This document shows, piece by piece, positions 27,391 through 37,215 of a DNA stretch of 64,000 nt. This DNA is from an uncultured Candidatus Saccharibacteria bacterium (GTDB lineage Bacteria; Patescibacteriota; UBA1384; JACPKC01), in assembly GCA_964423885.1 (NCBI GenBank), contig CAYRGD010000004.1, positions 8,319 through 72,318 on the forward strand, in the 5' to 3' direction. The position numbers and the translations under genes are program-made. Every line of letters starts with the position of its first letter. Position 1 is the first letter of the stretch. The notes under the pieces were generated by a model. That model made no database searches, was not told the DNA's origin, and worked only from the letters and a program-made list of their open reading frames with translations.

Positions 27391-28377
27391 ATGGCGGCGG
27401 AGCACGCGCTGCCTGCGCAGGCGACCACCCGGCACCGCTCGATCCGGATGCGGCTGGTGTCGAGCTTCATGGTCGTCTTTTTGGCGATCGCCGGCTACGG
27501 CCTGTTCATTTCGGGCGAGACCCAGACGATGCACGCGCGGCTGCTCGTCGCCCGGGAACGGAACGACGAGTACACGCTGCTCTGGAACCTGAAGTACGCG
27601 AACCGCCAGCTTGTCGGCAAGACACGGGCGGTCGTCTATGCCAAGGGAGACCATACCGCCCTCATGACCGGTTACGACGAAGGGAACGCTGCCTACGACG
27701 ACTACGGCCGCCGGCTGGTGACGCTCTTCGACGACCAGGAATCCCTGGCCCGCCTCCAGGAGTTGCGCGCTGCCGGTGACCGGCTCCGGTCGTCCGAACA
27801 GCAGTTGTTCGCCCTTGAGGAAGCCGGCCGGCATGACGAGGCGTTGGCGCTGCTCGCCGGGCCGTACCAAGACGGCCTGTTCGCCTACTCCGACCGGATC
27901 GACCGGTTCCTGCAAACCCAGAGCGAGGCGATCGAGTCCGGCGTCCAGACGCTGCGCCAGCAGGCCCTGGCGATCAACTCGGCCAGCCTGGTGGTGCTCA
28001 TGCTCATCCTTGTGCTGATCCTGCTCGTGTTCGTACTCATCAACCGCAACATCATCCAGCCGATCCAGGCGCTCGCCGCCGTGGCCCGCGCCTTCTCCGA
28101 CGGCGACCTGTCGGTGCGGGGTACGGTCGGTGCCCACGACGAGCTGGGCGAGCTGACCGCGACCTTCAACGCGATGGGCGAGCGGCTCGAATCGCGGACG
28201 AAAGAACTCGTCGCCTCGAAAGAGACGCTCGAGGACGACGTCAAACGGCGGACGGCCGAGCTCGAAGAGAAGATCGCCGAACTCGAACGGTTCAATCGGT
28301 TCGTTGTCGGGCGCGAACTCAAGATGGTCGAGCTCAAGAAACAGCTGGCTGCGCTCAAGAAGCAGGGGAAGGCATGA
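27391..28377 (+). CDS. HAMP-domain membrane protein (periplasmic sensor + HAMP + coiled coil, no kinase)
   Basis: TM1, a periplasmic region of about 170 aa, TM2 (LVVLMLILVLILLVFVLI), then a HAMP domain (IQPIQALA..FSDGDLSVRG..ELGELTATFNAMGERL) and a coiled coil. Confidence 0.65.
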   Translation: MAAEHALPAQATTRHRSIRMRLVSSFMVVFLAIAGYGLFISGETQTMHARLLVARERNDEYTLLWNLKYANRQLVGKTRAVVYAKGDHTALMTGYDEGNAAYDDYGRRLVTLFDDQESLARLQELRAAGDRLRSSEQQLFALEEAGRHDEALALLAGPYQDGLFAYSDRIDRFLQTQSEAIESGVQTLRQQALAINSASLVVLMLILVLILLVFVLINRNIIQPIQALAAVARAFSDGDLSVRGTVGAHDELGELTATFNAMGERLESRTKELVASKETLEDDVKRRTAELEEKIAELERFNRFVVGRELKMVELKKQLAALKKQGKA

Positions 28378-30266
28378 GCACCGACCGCTTCCATGCGGCC
28401 TGGGACGCCTTCGTGACGGGCGGTACGCCCGAGCGCGCCTCGGACGACACGGCCCGGCTTGTCCGCTTCTTGAACGTCTTCCTGCTCGTCGGCATCCTGA
28501 CGCTGTCGGGTTTCGCGCTGCTCAATATCCTGGCCGAGCACCGCCCGATCCTCGGTGCCGCCGAGATCGCCTTGAGCCTGTTCGCGGGTGCGACCCTGCT
28601 GTACCTGCGCGCCTCGCGCGCCCCCGACCGGGTCGCCACGATCTCGTTGCTCCTCATCGCGACCATCTTCGTGCTCCTCATCGTGACCGGCGGCGTCCAG
28701 CGGACCGGCATCTACTGGGTACCGATCTTCCCGATCGCCGCCTTTTTTCTGAAAGGCCGGTACCACGGCATCTTCTGGATCCTCGGCTTCATCTGCTCGC
28801 TGCTCGTCCTGCACCTTGTCTCGCTCATGACGACGCTCAGCTTGAGCTACGGCCCGGTCGAGCTCCGGCAGCTGCTCGCGAGCCTCACGATCCTGGGCAC
28901 GCTCGTGTACTTCTACTTCGAGTACGTCCGCGAGCACGACGAGCACATCCTGGTCGAGCGCGAGCATGAACTCTACGAACGCAACCGCGAGCTGCGCGAA
29001 CAGATCGCCAGCCAAGAGGAATCCCAGGTCAGGCAGCGGGAACTCATCGCCACGATCGACAAGACGATCACCGAGATCCAGCAGAAGAACGCCGACCTGG
29101 AACACAACAAGACGGCGATGCTCAACATCCTCGAGGACCTTGAACGCGAGAAAGAGACGACGCTCGAGAACGAGCGCAAGGACGAAGCCCTGCTGGCGAG
29201 CATCGGCGAAAGCATGGTCGCCACGGACGCCAAGGGCACGGTGATCGTCGCCAACAAGCGGGCCGAGGAGCTTGTGGGCGTACCGGCCAAGCGGCTCGTC
29301 GGCAAGCCCTACGCCGAGATCCTGCGGTTCGTTGATACGGTCGACAAGCCGTTGGCGGCCAAGGCACAGCCGATCGCGATCGCGCTCGCCACTCGCGAGC
29401 CCTACGCCACCTCCGACCTCAAGGTCGTCCGCGCCGACGGCACGCACGTTCCGGTCGCGGTCACGGCCGCGCCGGTCGAGAGCAAGGGCAAGCAGATCGG
29501 CGGGATCGTCGTGCTGCGCGACATCACGCGCGAGAAGCAGATCGACCAGGCCAAGACCGAGTTCGTCTCGCTCGCGAGCCACCAGCTGCGCACCCCGCTG
29601 TCGGCGATCGGCTGGTATGTCGAGATGCTCCTGTCGGGCGATGCCGGCAAGCTCGACGAGACGCAGACGGAGTACCTCAAGGAAATCCAGCACGGCGGCA
29701 AGCGGTTGGTCGACATGGTCAACTCGCTCTTGAACGTGTCGCGGATCGAGCTCGGGACGTTCATGGTCGAGCCGAAACCGACCAAGCCTGTCGAGCTGGC
29801 CGAGGCCGTGCTCGACGAGGTGAAGGCGCTCATCACGAATCATAACCTGACGCTCGAGCGGCGGTTCGCCAAGGACATCCCAGTGATCACGCTCGACCCG
29901 CACCTCTTGCAGATCATCCTCCAGAACCTCATTAGCAACGCGATCAAGTACACGCCCGAGGGCGGCAAGATCACGTTGAGCCTGGGCGTCAAGGACGACG
30001 CGTTCGCGATCAAGATCAAGGATACCGGTATCGGGATCCCTGCTTCGCAGCACGAGCATATCTTCGAGAAGCTGTTCCGAGCCGACAACGTCAAGAAGAC
30101 GGATACCGACGGGACTGGCCTGGGGCTCTACATGGTCAAGCAGATCCTCGACGAGATCGGCGGCACGATCAGCTTCGCGTCCGCCGAAGGCAAGGGTACG
30201 ACCTTCCTGGTCTTCCTGCCCTTGCGCGGCATGAAGCAGCGTGCAGGCACACGGAGGTTGTCATGA
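28374..30266 (+). CDS. Sensor histidine kinase (multi-TM N-terminal domain, PAS, HisKA, HATPase_c)
   Basis: About 6 TM segments, a PAS domain, the H-box ..SLASHQLRTPLSAI.. and N, G1, G2 boxes (NLISNAIKYT, DTGIGIP, GTGLGLYMV). ATGA overlap with the HAMP gene. Confidence 0.85.
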   Translation: MSTDRFHAAWDAFVTGGTPERASDDTARLVRFLNVFLLVGILTLSGFALLNILAEHRPILGAAEIALSLFAGATLLYLRASRAPDRVATISLLLIATIFVLLIVTGGVQRTGIYWVPIFPIAAFFLKGRYHGIFWILGFICSLLVLHLVSLMTTLSLSYGPVELRQLLASLTILGTLVYFYFEYVREHDEHILVEREHELYERNRELREQIASQEESQVRQRELIATIDKTITEIQQKNADLEHNKTAMLNILEDLEREKETTLENERKDEALLASIGESMVATDAKGTVIVANKRAEELVGVPAKRLVGKPYAEILRFVDTVDKPLAAKAQPIAIALATREPYATSDLKVVRADGTHVPVAVTAAPVESKGKQIGGIVVLRDITREKQIDQAKTEFVSLASHQLRTPLSAIGWYVEMLLSGDAGKLDETQTEYLKEIQHGGKRLVDMVNSLLNVSRIELGTFMVEPKPTKPVELAEAVLDEVKALITNHNLTLERRFAKDIPVITLDPHLLQIILQNLISNAIKYTPEGGKITLSLGVKDDAFAIKIKDTGIGIPASQHEHIFEKLFRADNVKKTDTDGTGLGLYMVKQILDEIGGTISFASAEGKGTTFLVFLPLRGMKQRAGTRRLS

Positions 30267-30682
30267 CGACACGGATACCATTGACGGCGGTCCGGCGCGG
30301 ACTCGAACTGCTCATTCTGCTGATCTTCGTGTACATCCTGGCGGTGATCCTGCCGTCGGATCTGAACCGTCTCGTACCTGAACCGCGGGTGAGCGACGCG
30401 GCGCTCCTGCACCGGATCGCCCGTGACGAGGACGTGCTGGCGGCAAGCTACCTCGAAGCCGGCGGCCGGGCCGAGGACAAAGGGCAGTTCGCGGCTGCGG
30501 CCGGGTTCTACCGCAAGGCGGCGGTTATCGTGCCGACGGCACCGGGCTACGCCGCGCTTGTCCGCTCGCTCGTGAGCGCGAACGACCTGCCCCAGGCCCG
30601 CTCAGCGCTCGCCGAGGCGCTCGACCGGTTCCCGGACGACGCCGGACTCGGCCGCTTGGACGACGACATTTCGGCCGATTAG
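30263..30682 (+). CDS. Hypothetical membrane-anchored protein (TPR-like helical)
   Basis: N-terminal TM segment (LLILLIFVYILAVIL) and a helical Ala-rich C-terminus. ATGA overlap with the HK gene. Confidence 0.45.
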   Translation: MTTRIPLTAVRRGLELLILLIFVYILAVILPSDLNRLVPEPRVSDAALLHRIARDEDVLAASYLEAGGRAEDKGQFAAAAGFYRKAAVIVPTAPGYAALVRSLVSANDLPQARSALAEALDRFPDDAGLGRLDDDISAD

Positions 30683-30699
30683 CGGTACGATCAGGGCCT

Positions 30700-32430
30700 A
30701 TGGCGCTCTACCGGACGTACCGGCCGCAGACCTTCGGGTCGGTGGTTGGCCAACCCCATGTCAAACGGACGCTCGCGAACGCGCTGGCGCATGATTTGGT
30801 GGCCCACGCCTACCTCTTCGCCGGCCCGCGCGGGAGCGGTAAGACGTCGGTGGCGCGGATCCTCGCCATGGCGGTCAACTGCTCGCAGCGCGCCGCGGGC
30901 GACAGCGAGCCGTGCGGCAACTGCGAGAGCTGCATCGGCATCCGCGACGGCCACAGCCTGGCCGTGGTCGAGATCGACGCGGCCAGCAACCGCGGTATCG
31001 ACGAGATCCGGGCGCTCCGGGAAACGATCCGGCTGTCGCCGGGCGCCGGGGTGGCCCGCAAGGTCTACATCATCGACGAGGTCCACATGCTGACCACGCC
31101 GGCCTTCAACGCGCTCTTGAAAACCCTCGAAGAGCCGCCGGCACATGCGCTGTTCATCCTGGCGACGACCGAACTCAATGCCGTGCCCGAGACGATCGTC
31201 TCGCGGGTGCAGCACTTCTCGTTCCGTCGGGCGACGCCAGCGGATATCCGGACGCACCTTGCCTGGGTAGCTGGCCAGGAGCAGCTCGCGATCGACGATG
31301 ACGCGCTTGAACTCGTTGCCGCCCACGCCGACGGCGCCTTCCGCGACGCCCTGTCGCTGCTGGGGCAGCTCCAGGCGACCGGCGACAACCCCGTCACGGC
31401 CGATACGGTCCGGGTCGTACTCGGGATCGCTCCGGCCGACGAACTGGCCCGGCTCATCGTCGCGAGCCTTGCGGGCGACGTGGCCGTTGTCGAGGCGGGA
31501 TTCGCGGCTGCGGCCGAACGGGGCGACGACCCCGCCGCGTTCATCGACGAGCTCGTCCTACTCCTGCGGGCGCTGCTGTGGCGTGCCTACGGCCTGGCGG
31601 ACGTGTCGGCGGTCCCGGCCGCGCTTACGGCCCTTACGACTTCGCCGGCCGCGCTTACGGCACGGATCGAGGCGCTTCTCACTGCCAAGCAGCAGTTACG
31701 CTGGTCGCCGCTGCCCTTCCTGCCGCTCGAGCTCGCGCTCCTGCCGCAGGATACCGCCCCGGCGGTGCCCACCCCACCTGGGCCCGCTGCCGTCCCAACT
31801 GCGCTGCCCGTGCCCGCTCCGACGATGCCAGTACCCGTCCCGGTTCCGCCGCCAGTAGCTGCGCCGGTAGCCTCGTCGCCCGAGCCTGCTCCCGCTCCGG
31901 CTGCCCCCATCCCTGCACCGGCCCCGCCTCCAGCGGCCGAGCCGGCACCACTCCCCGACCCGCCGGTCGTCGCGCAGGTCGCCGCGGAAACGGCCGAGGT
32001 GCAGCCGTTCGACCCCAACCTCGACCTGGGTGAGACCTGGAAGCAGGTAGTCGCGAAGATGCAGGCCACCAACGCCTCGCTCGCCGCGCTCCTCAAGGCC
32101 TCGACGCTCATCGCGGCCAGCCCGGACGAGGCGGTGATCGGCGTGCCGTTCACCTTCTACGCCGACCGGATCACTGATCGGAAGAACGCCGTACTCCTGG
32201 CCGATATCCTGATCGGCTACGGCATCCGCGGCTCGGTCCGGTGCGAGCTGTCCGGCCAGGCGGTCGTCCATGAAATCCCGGCGCCGAGCCCGTCGCCTGC
32301 CCCGACGCCGCCTCCGCCCGCGGCGGTACTGCCGCCCCCGATGCCCGCTGCCCCGGCCGCGCCCCGCGACCTGGCTACGGTCGAGTCCGACGTCCGCGAG
32401 ATCTTCGGCGTCGTGGAGCAGGGGGCATAA
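30700..32430 (+). CDS. dnaX: DNA polymerase III subunit gamma/tau
   Basis: GPRGSGKTS Walker A, a C-x-C Zn module (CGNCESC), SRC motif (TIVSRVQ) and a Pro/Ala-rich tau linker. Confidence 0.9.
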   Translation: MALYRTYRPQTFGSVVGQPHVKRTLANALAHDLVAHAYLFAGPRGSGKTSVARILAMAVNCSQRAAGDSEPCGNCESCIGIRDGHSLAVVEIDAASNRGIDEIRALRETIRLSPGAGVARKVYIIDEVHMLTTPAFNALLKTLEEPPAHALFILATTELNAVPETIVSRVQHFSFRRATPADIRTHLAWVAGQEQLAIDDDALELVAAHADGAFRDALSLLGQLQATGDNPVTADTVRVVLGIAPADELARLIVASLAGDVAVVEAGFAAAAERGDDPAAFIDELVLLLRALLWRAYGLADVSAVPAALTALTTSPAALTARIEALLTAKQQLRWSPLPFLPLELALLPQDTAPAVPTPPGPAAVPTALPVPAPTMPVPVPVPPPVAAPVASSPEPAPAPAAPIPAPAPPPAAEPAPLPDPPVVAQVAAETAEVQPFDPNLDLGETWKQVVAKMQATNASLAALLKASTLIAASPDEAVIGVPFTFYADRITDRKNAVLLADILIGYGIRGSVRCELSGQAVVHEIPAPSPSPAPTPPPPAAVLPPPMPAAPAAPRDLATVESDVREIFGVVEQGA

Positions 32431-33824
32431 TGGCCACCGCTACCCAGAAACCCCGCCGTCTCGCGCCAGCGCCCCAGCAGCAGCCGGCGCCCTCCAGCTT
32501 CCGCATGCCGCCGCAGGCGATCGAGGCCGAGCAGTCGGTTTTGGGCGCGATCCTGCTCGACAACGACGCCATGATCAAGGTGGCGGACATCCTGTTGGTC
32601 GAGGACTTCTACCGGCCCGACCACCAGCTCATTTTCTCGGCCATGATTGCGCTCTACGAGAAGCGGATGCCGCTCGACGTGGTGACGCTCACCGACGAGC
32701 TTGAGCGCACTAAGCAACTCAAGGACATCGGCGGGGCGAGCGTGCTGGCCACGCTCACGAGCCGCGTCCCAAGCGCCGCCCACGCGGCACACTACGCCGG
32801 GATCATCCACGAGAAGGCGATCCTGCGCCGGATCATCACGGCCGCGAGCACGATCACCGAACTCGGGTATACCGAGGATAGGCCGGTCGACGAGATCGTC
32901 GACGAGGCCGAGCAGCTCATCTTCAAGGTGGCCGAGAACTCGATCAAGCAGGATTTCGAGCCGGTCAAGGAAATCCTCATCCGTTCGTTCGAGCGGATCG
33001 ACGAGCTGCACCGCGACCGCGGCAAGACACGCGGCGTCCCGACCGGGTTCAAGGACTTGGACAATCTCCTGTCCGGCCTCCAGCAGTCCGACCTCGTCAT
33101 CATCGCCGCCCGCCCGTCGATGGGTAAGACCTCGTTTGCCTTGAACATGGCCCAGTTCGCGGCGGTACAGAACAAGCTGCCGGTCGGGTTCTTCTCGCTC
33201 GAGCAGTCGAAGGACCAGCTGATCGACCGCCTGGTAGCTGGCGAGGCCGGCGTCGATTCGTGGAAGCTCCGCACCGGGAACCTTGCCAACGAGGACTTCG
33301 AGCGCCTCAACTACGCCATGGGTATGCTCGCCGACGCGCCGCTCTTCATCGACGACGCGCCGAACATGAGCGTGATGGAAGTGCGCACCAAGGCCCGCCG
33401 CTTGCAGGCCGAGCACGGCCTGTCGTTGCTGGTCATCGACTACCTGCAGCTCATGCAGGGGCGGCAGACCAAGGACGCGAACCGCGTCCAGGAAATCTCG
33501 GACATTAGTCGCGGCCTCAAAGGGATCGCCCGTGAGCTGAACGTGCCCGTGATCGCCCTGTCGCAGCTGTCGCGTGCGGTCGAACAGCGGCCGAACCATG
33601 TCCCGATGCTGTCCGACCTGCGCGAATCCGGCTCGATCGAACAGGACGCCGACGTGGTCATGTTCATCTACCGCGAGGACTACTACAACCCGGACACCGA
33701 CAAGAAGAACATCGCCGAAATCCACGTCCGCAAACACCGCAACGGCCCGGTGGGCGAGATCGACCTGTTCTTCGTGCCCGAGCAGACCAAGTTCCGCACG
33801 ATCGACCGGCGGCACGACGGGTAA
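32430..33824 (+). CDS. dnaB: Replicative DNA helicase DnaB (no intein)
   Basis: Walker A AARPSMGKTSF, Walker B LLVIDYLQLM and an N-terminal DnaB domain. Confidence 0.9.
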   Translation: MATATQKPRRLAPAPQQQPAPSSFRMPPQAIEAEQSVLGAILLDNDAMIKVADILLVEDFYRPDHQLIFSAMIALYEKRMPLDVVTLTDELERTKQLKDIGGASVLATLTSRVPSAAHAAHYAGIIHEKAILRRIITAASTITELGYTEDRPVDEIVDEAEQLIFKVAENSIKQDFEPVKEILIRSFERIDELHRDRGKTRGVPTGFKDLDNLLSGLQQSDLVIIAARPSMGKTSFALNMAQFAAVQNKLPVGFFSLEQSKDQLIDRLVAGEAGVDSWKLRTGNLANEDFERLNYAMGMLADAPLFIDDAPNMSVMEVRTKARRLQAEHGLSLLVIDYLQLMQGRQTKDANRVQEISDISRGLKGIARELNVPVIALSQLSRAVEQRPNHVPMLSDLRESGSIEQDADVVMFIYREDYYNPDTDKKNIAEIHVRKHRNGPVGEIDLFFVPEQTKFRTIDRRHDG

Positions 33825-33901
33825 TGTCTCTGGATTTGTCTGCCATGGCCCGACGCGGTAGGATGGGCCGTGCACACTGATCGACTCTTGGAGGGCTCGT
33901 T

Positions 33902-35761
33902 ATGCCTGCGGACGCTGCCGTATCACCGATTTTGGAATCCCTGAACCCCGAGCAGCGGGCAGCGGCCGCCCATACCGACGGGCCGGTGCTCATTCTGGCC
34001 GGGGCAGGCTCGGGCAAGACGAAGACACTCACCCACCGCATCGCCTACCTAGTGGAACGCGGGGTCGCCCCGTACCACATCCTGGCGGTCACGTTCACCA
34101 ATAAGGCCGCCGGCGAGCTGCGCGAGCGGCTGACCGCCTTGGCGGGCGGTGTGTCGTTCCCGTGGGTCGGCACGTTCCATTCGGTCTGCGTCCGGATCCT
34201 GCGGCGCGAGATCGGCCACCTGGGCTACGAGCCGGGGTTCACGATCTACGACTCGAGCGACAGCCTCAACCTGGTCAAGCAGGCGATGGCCGAGCTCCAC
34301 ATCGATCCCAAGCAGACCAACCCGCGCACGATCCAGCACATGATCTCGGGCGCGAAGAACGAGCTTATCGGCCCCGTGCAGTACGCCAACCGGGCCGAGG
34401 GCTACGCCATGGAACAGACGGCCAAGGTCTACGAACGCTACCAGGCGGCCCTGAAGCGTGCCAACGCGGCCGACTTCGACGATCTGCTTGGGCTCACCGT
34501 GCGGCTGTTCCAGGAACATCCGCAGGTGCTCGCGGACTACCGCGAGAAGTTCAAGCACATCCTCATCGACGAGTACCAGGACACGAACCAGGTTCAGTAC
34601 CTGTTCGTGAAATTGCTGGGGAACCACGGCAACATCTGCGTGGTCGGCGACGACTACCAGGCGATCTACGGCTGGCGCGGCGCGAACTTCCGCAACATCT
34701 TGAACTTCGAACGCGACTGGCCCGAGACCACCACCGTCAAGCTCGAACAGAACTACCGGTCGACGCAGACGATCTTGGACGCGGCCGACGCGGTCATCAA
34801 GCACAACGCCCAGCGGACCGACAAGTCCCTGTGGACCGACCGGGGACAGGGCAGTCCGGTATCCGTCTACGAGGCGCTCGACGCGGTCGACGAGGCGGAT
34901 TTCCTGGTGACCGAGATCATGAGCCTGCGCCGTGAGTTCCCGAGCCTCAACCAATTCGCGGTGCTGTACCGCACCAACGCCCAGTCGCGCCTGCTCGAAG
35001 AGACGTTCCTGAAGCGCGAGCTGCCGTACCGCCTGGTCGGCGCGGTCCAGTTCTACGAGCGGAAGGAAATCAAGGACGTGCTCGCGTACCTCCGGGCGGT
35101 CGCCAACCCGACCGACCTGATTGCGTTCGAGCGCTCAGCCGGGGCGCCCAGCCGCGGGATCGGTAAGAAGGCGCTCGAACAGGTGCGGGTGCTGGGTATC
35201 GAGGCCGCCGCGGCCACGAATGCCAAGGTCAAGGCGTTCGCGGCGCTGCTTGCCGAGTTCCGCCTGTTCGCGACCGCCCATTCGGTCAACGACCTCATCG
35301 AGGAGGTGGCGGTGCGCTCGGGCTACCGCGACGCGTTGCTCGACGGCTCCGACGAGGGCGAGGGGCGGTGGGAGAACGTCAAGGAGTTGAAGTCGGTCGG
35401 CGAGGGGTATATCAGCCTGAACGAATTCCTCGAGGCGACCAGTCTGGTGGCGGATACCGACGCTTACGACCCGAGCCACGAGGCCGTGACGCTCATGACG
35501 CTCCACAACGCCAAGGGGCTCGAGTTCCCGGTGGTGTTCGTGGTCGGCATGGAGGAAAGCATCTTCCCGCACTCGCGGGCATTGACCGACCCGGCCCAGA
35601 TGGAAGAGGAGCGGCGGCTGTGCTACGTGGGCATGACGCGGGCCAAGGACCGGCTCTACCTGCTGCACGCCAACTCGCGGATCCTGTACGGCGGGATCCA
35701 GGCCAACATCCCGTCGCGGTTCCTGGGCGAGTTCCCGGCCCACCTCCGAGAGAAGCTGTAA
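33902..35761 (+). CDS. pcrA: ATP-dependent DNA helicase PcrA/UvrD (short, 619 aa)
   Basis: GAGSGKTKTLTHRIAYL motif I, DEYQDTN motif II, ..YRS.. and the C-terminal VTLMTLHNAKGLEFPVVF motif. Confidence 0.85.
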   Translation: MPADAAVSPILESLNPEQRAAAAHTDGPVLILAGAGSGKTKTLTHRIAYLVERGVAPYHILAVTFTNKAAGELRERLTALAGGVSFPWVGTFHSVCVRILRREIGHLGYEPGFTIYDSSDSLNLVKQAMAELHIDPKQTNPRTIQHMISGAKNELIGPVQYANRAEGYAMEQTAKVYERYQAALKRANAADFDDLLGLTVRLFQEHPQVLADYREKFKHILIDEYQDTNQVQYLFVKLLGNHGNICVVGDDYQAIYGWRGANFRNILNFERDWPETTTVKLEQNYRSTQTILDAADAVIKHNAQRTDKSLWTDRGQGSPVSVYEALDAVDEADFLVTEIMSLRREFPSLNQFAVLYRTNAQSRLLEETFLKRELPYRLVGAVQFYERKEIKDVLAYLRAVANPTDLIAFERSAGAPSRGIGKKALEQVRVLGIEAAAATNAKVKAFAALLAEFRLFATAHSVNDLIEEVAVRSGYRDALLDGSDEGEGRWENVKELKSVGEGYISLNEFLEATSLVADTDAYDPSHEAVTLMTLHNAKGLEFPVVFVVGMEESIFPHSRALTDPAQMEEERRLCYVGMTRAKDRLYLLHANSRILYGGIQANIPSRFLGEFPAHLREKL

Positions 35762-35949
35762 TATCTGTGGAAAACTCACGACCGGAGAATGTGTACAGCT
35801 GCTCCAACAGGAGAGAATCGGAATCTTGACACGGTTCACGAACGGCGGTATGATGGACAGGCACATTGAAAACCGGAGCGCGAACACGCAGGGAGGGGTC
35901 CGGTGCAATCATTGGCTCATAACTTCCCGTTGTGAGTCATTTTTGTGCC

Positions 35950-36043
35950 GCAGCTGACGAACCAAGCTGCAGCGCAGTGTCTACCTCTGTAGACACCATC
36001 TGCCATCAAGGCAGATGTACACCACCAGTCGGCATCCGCCGAC
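35950..36043 (+). other. Cluster of four consecutive stem-loops in a low-GC, roughly 450-bp leader. Candidate cis-regulatory RNA or small RNA.
   Basis: Hairpins GCAGC/GCTGC (35950-35969), GTGTCTAC/GTAGACAC (35977-35996), CATCTGCC/GGCAGATG (35997-36017) and GTCGGC/GCCGAC (36028-36043). Confidence 0.35.
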
Positions 36044-36211
36044 ATCGAGTGGACGAACGCCAGCATCTGTTGAACGGGGGTACCTGTTCGGTGGATTCAA
36101 GTGCGGTCGGCCGCTTGCCAAGGGCTTTGGCATTTTGCACGTCACATATATACAACACACTATGGACGCTGCTCGCTAAGGCCCTTTTTTCGTGTGCTAT
36201 ACTCCCACCAT

Positions 36212-37186
36212 ATGTCAGCCCGACGGACGGTTGGACTGGGGCTCGTGGCGATCGCGTGCCTCACGGGCGCGCTCGTGCGGCTGCGCGGGCACGGGCAGGC
36301 GACGGCTGCGGTGTCGGCGGCAACGGGCCGCGTTGACGGCCGCGTCCTTGGGGCGTCCGTCCGGCATGTCGGCGGGGTCGACCACGCGGTCGAGCGCTAC
36401 GTGGCGCCGCCAGGGCCGACGACCGTCGCTACGCAGCTTGCCGCGCTCGGCGTTACGCTCTATCCCGAAGACCACTTCACCGCGATACCCGACCCGTCGT
36501 TCGGCGTGGGGAGCGAGATCGAACTCGTGCGGGCGAACGCCGTGACGATCGTCGACGCCAAACATCCGGCCACCTACCGCACCTGGGCCCCGACCGTCGA
36601 GGCGTTCTTGAACGAACGGCAGGTGACGCTCGGTGCCGACGACCGGCAGGATATCCCGAACGCGACGCCGGTGACAGCCGGGCTCACGGTCGCCATCACC
36701 CGGGTCGGGATGCGCGAGGTATTCGAGGACGAACCGATCGCCTTCGCGAGCAAGACCGAATCCGACGCGACCATGGAAAAAGGCACGTCGACGGTCGTGC
36801 AGGCCGGAAAGAACGGTGTCCGCACCAAAACCTACCGCATCACGTACGAGGACGGCGAGCAGGTGAGTAAGACATTGATCAAGAATGAGGTCGCAACGGC
36901 GCCGGTCGACCAGATTGCGCGCAGGGGCACAAAGGTATTGACCTACGGCAGCGGCGAGGCGACGTGGTACGCCTGGAAGCCGGGCGGCGCGGCCCACAAC
37001 ACCCTGCCGTTCGGCACCTGCGTCCACGTCGTGAGCGTGGCGAGCGGCAAATCCGTGGACGTCACCATCAACGACCGTGGGATCCAGGGGAGTGCGGTCA
37101 TCGACCTGGACAAGGCCGCCTTCGCCGCCATTGCGCCCTTGGGCGCTGGCCGGATCAACGTCCGGCTCGAGAAGTGCTACCCGTAA
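36212..37186 (+). CDS. YabE/RpfB-like cell-wall protein with G5 and C-terminal 3D (RlpA-like double-psi barrel) domains
   Basis: Signal anchor, then a G5-like VQAGKNGVRTKTYRITYEDGEQ and a C-terminal ..WYAWKPGGAAHNTLPFGTCVHVVS..VDVTINDRG. Extended -10 TGCTATACT 8 nt upstream of the ATG. Confidence 0.7.
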   Translation: MSARRTVGLGLVAIACLTGALVRLRGHGQATAAVSAATGRVDGRVLGASVRHVGGVDHAVERYVAPPGPTTVATQLAALGVTLYPEDHFTAIPDPSFGVGSEIELVRANAVTIVDAKHPATYRTWAPTVEAFLNERQVTLGADDRQDIPNATPVTAGLTVAITRVGMREVFEDEPIAFASKTESDATMEKGTSTVVQAGKNGVRTKTYRITYEDGEQVSKTLIKNEVATAPVDQIARRGTKVLTYGSGEATWYAWKPGGAAHNTLPFGTCVHVVSVASGKSVDVTINDRGIQGSAVIDLDKAAFAAIAPLGAGRINVRLEKCYP

Positions 37187-37215
37187 GTCCGGGCAAGTCT
37201 GCTAGGATACGCAGT

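Noticed and set aside
30700-32430. Programmed -1 frameshift site in dnaX
   Set aside because: No A-AAA-AAG-type slippery heptamer followed by a hairpin was seen in the tau-linker region.
32430-33824. Intein in DnaB
   Set aside because: The protein length (464 aa) and uninterrupted Walker A/B spacing are those of an intein-free DnaB.
35770-36200. RNase P RNA, tmRNA or SRP RNA in the hairpin-rich intergenic region
   Set aside because: No GGAAAGUCCGG / ACAGAACCCGGCUUA (RNase P) motifs, no tRNA-like 3' end plus tag reading frame (tmRNA), and no AGGUCCGGAAGGAAGCAGC (SRP) motif were found by eye.
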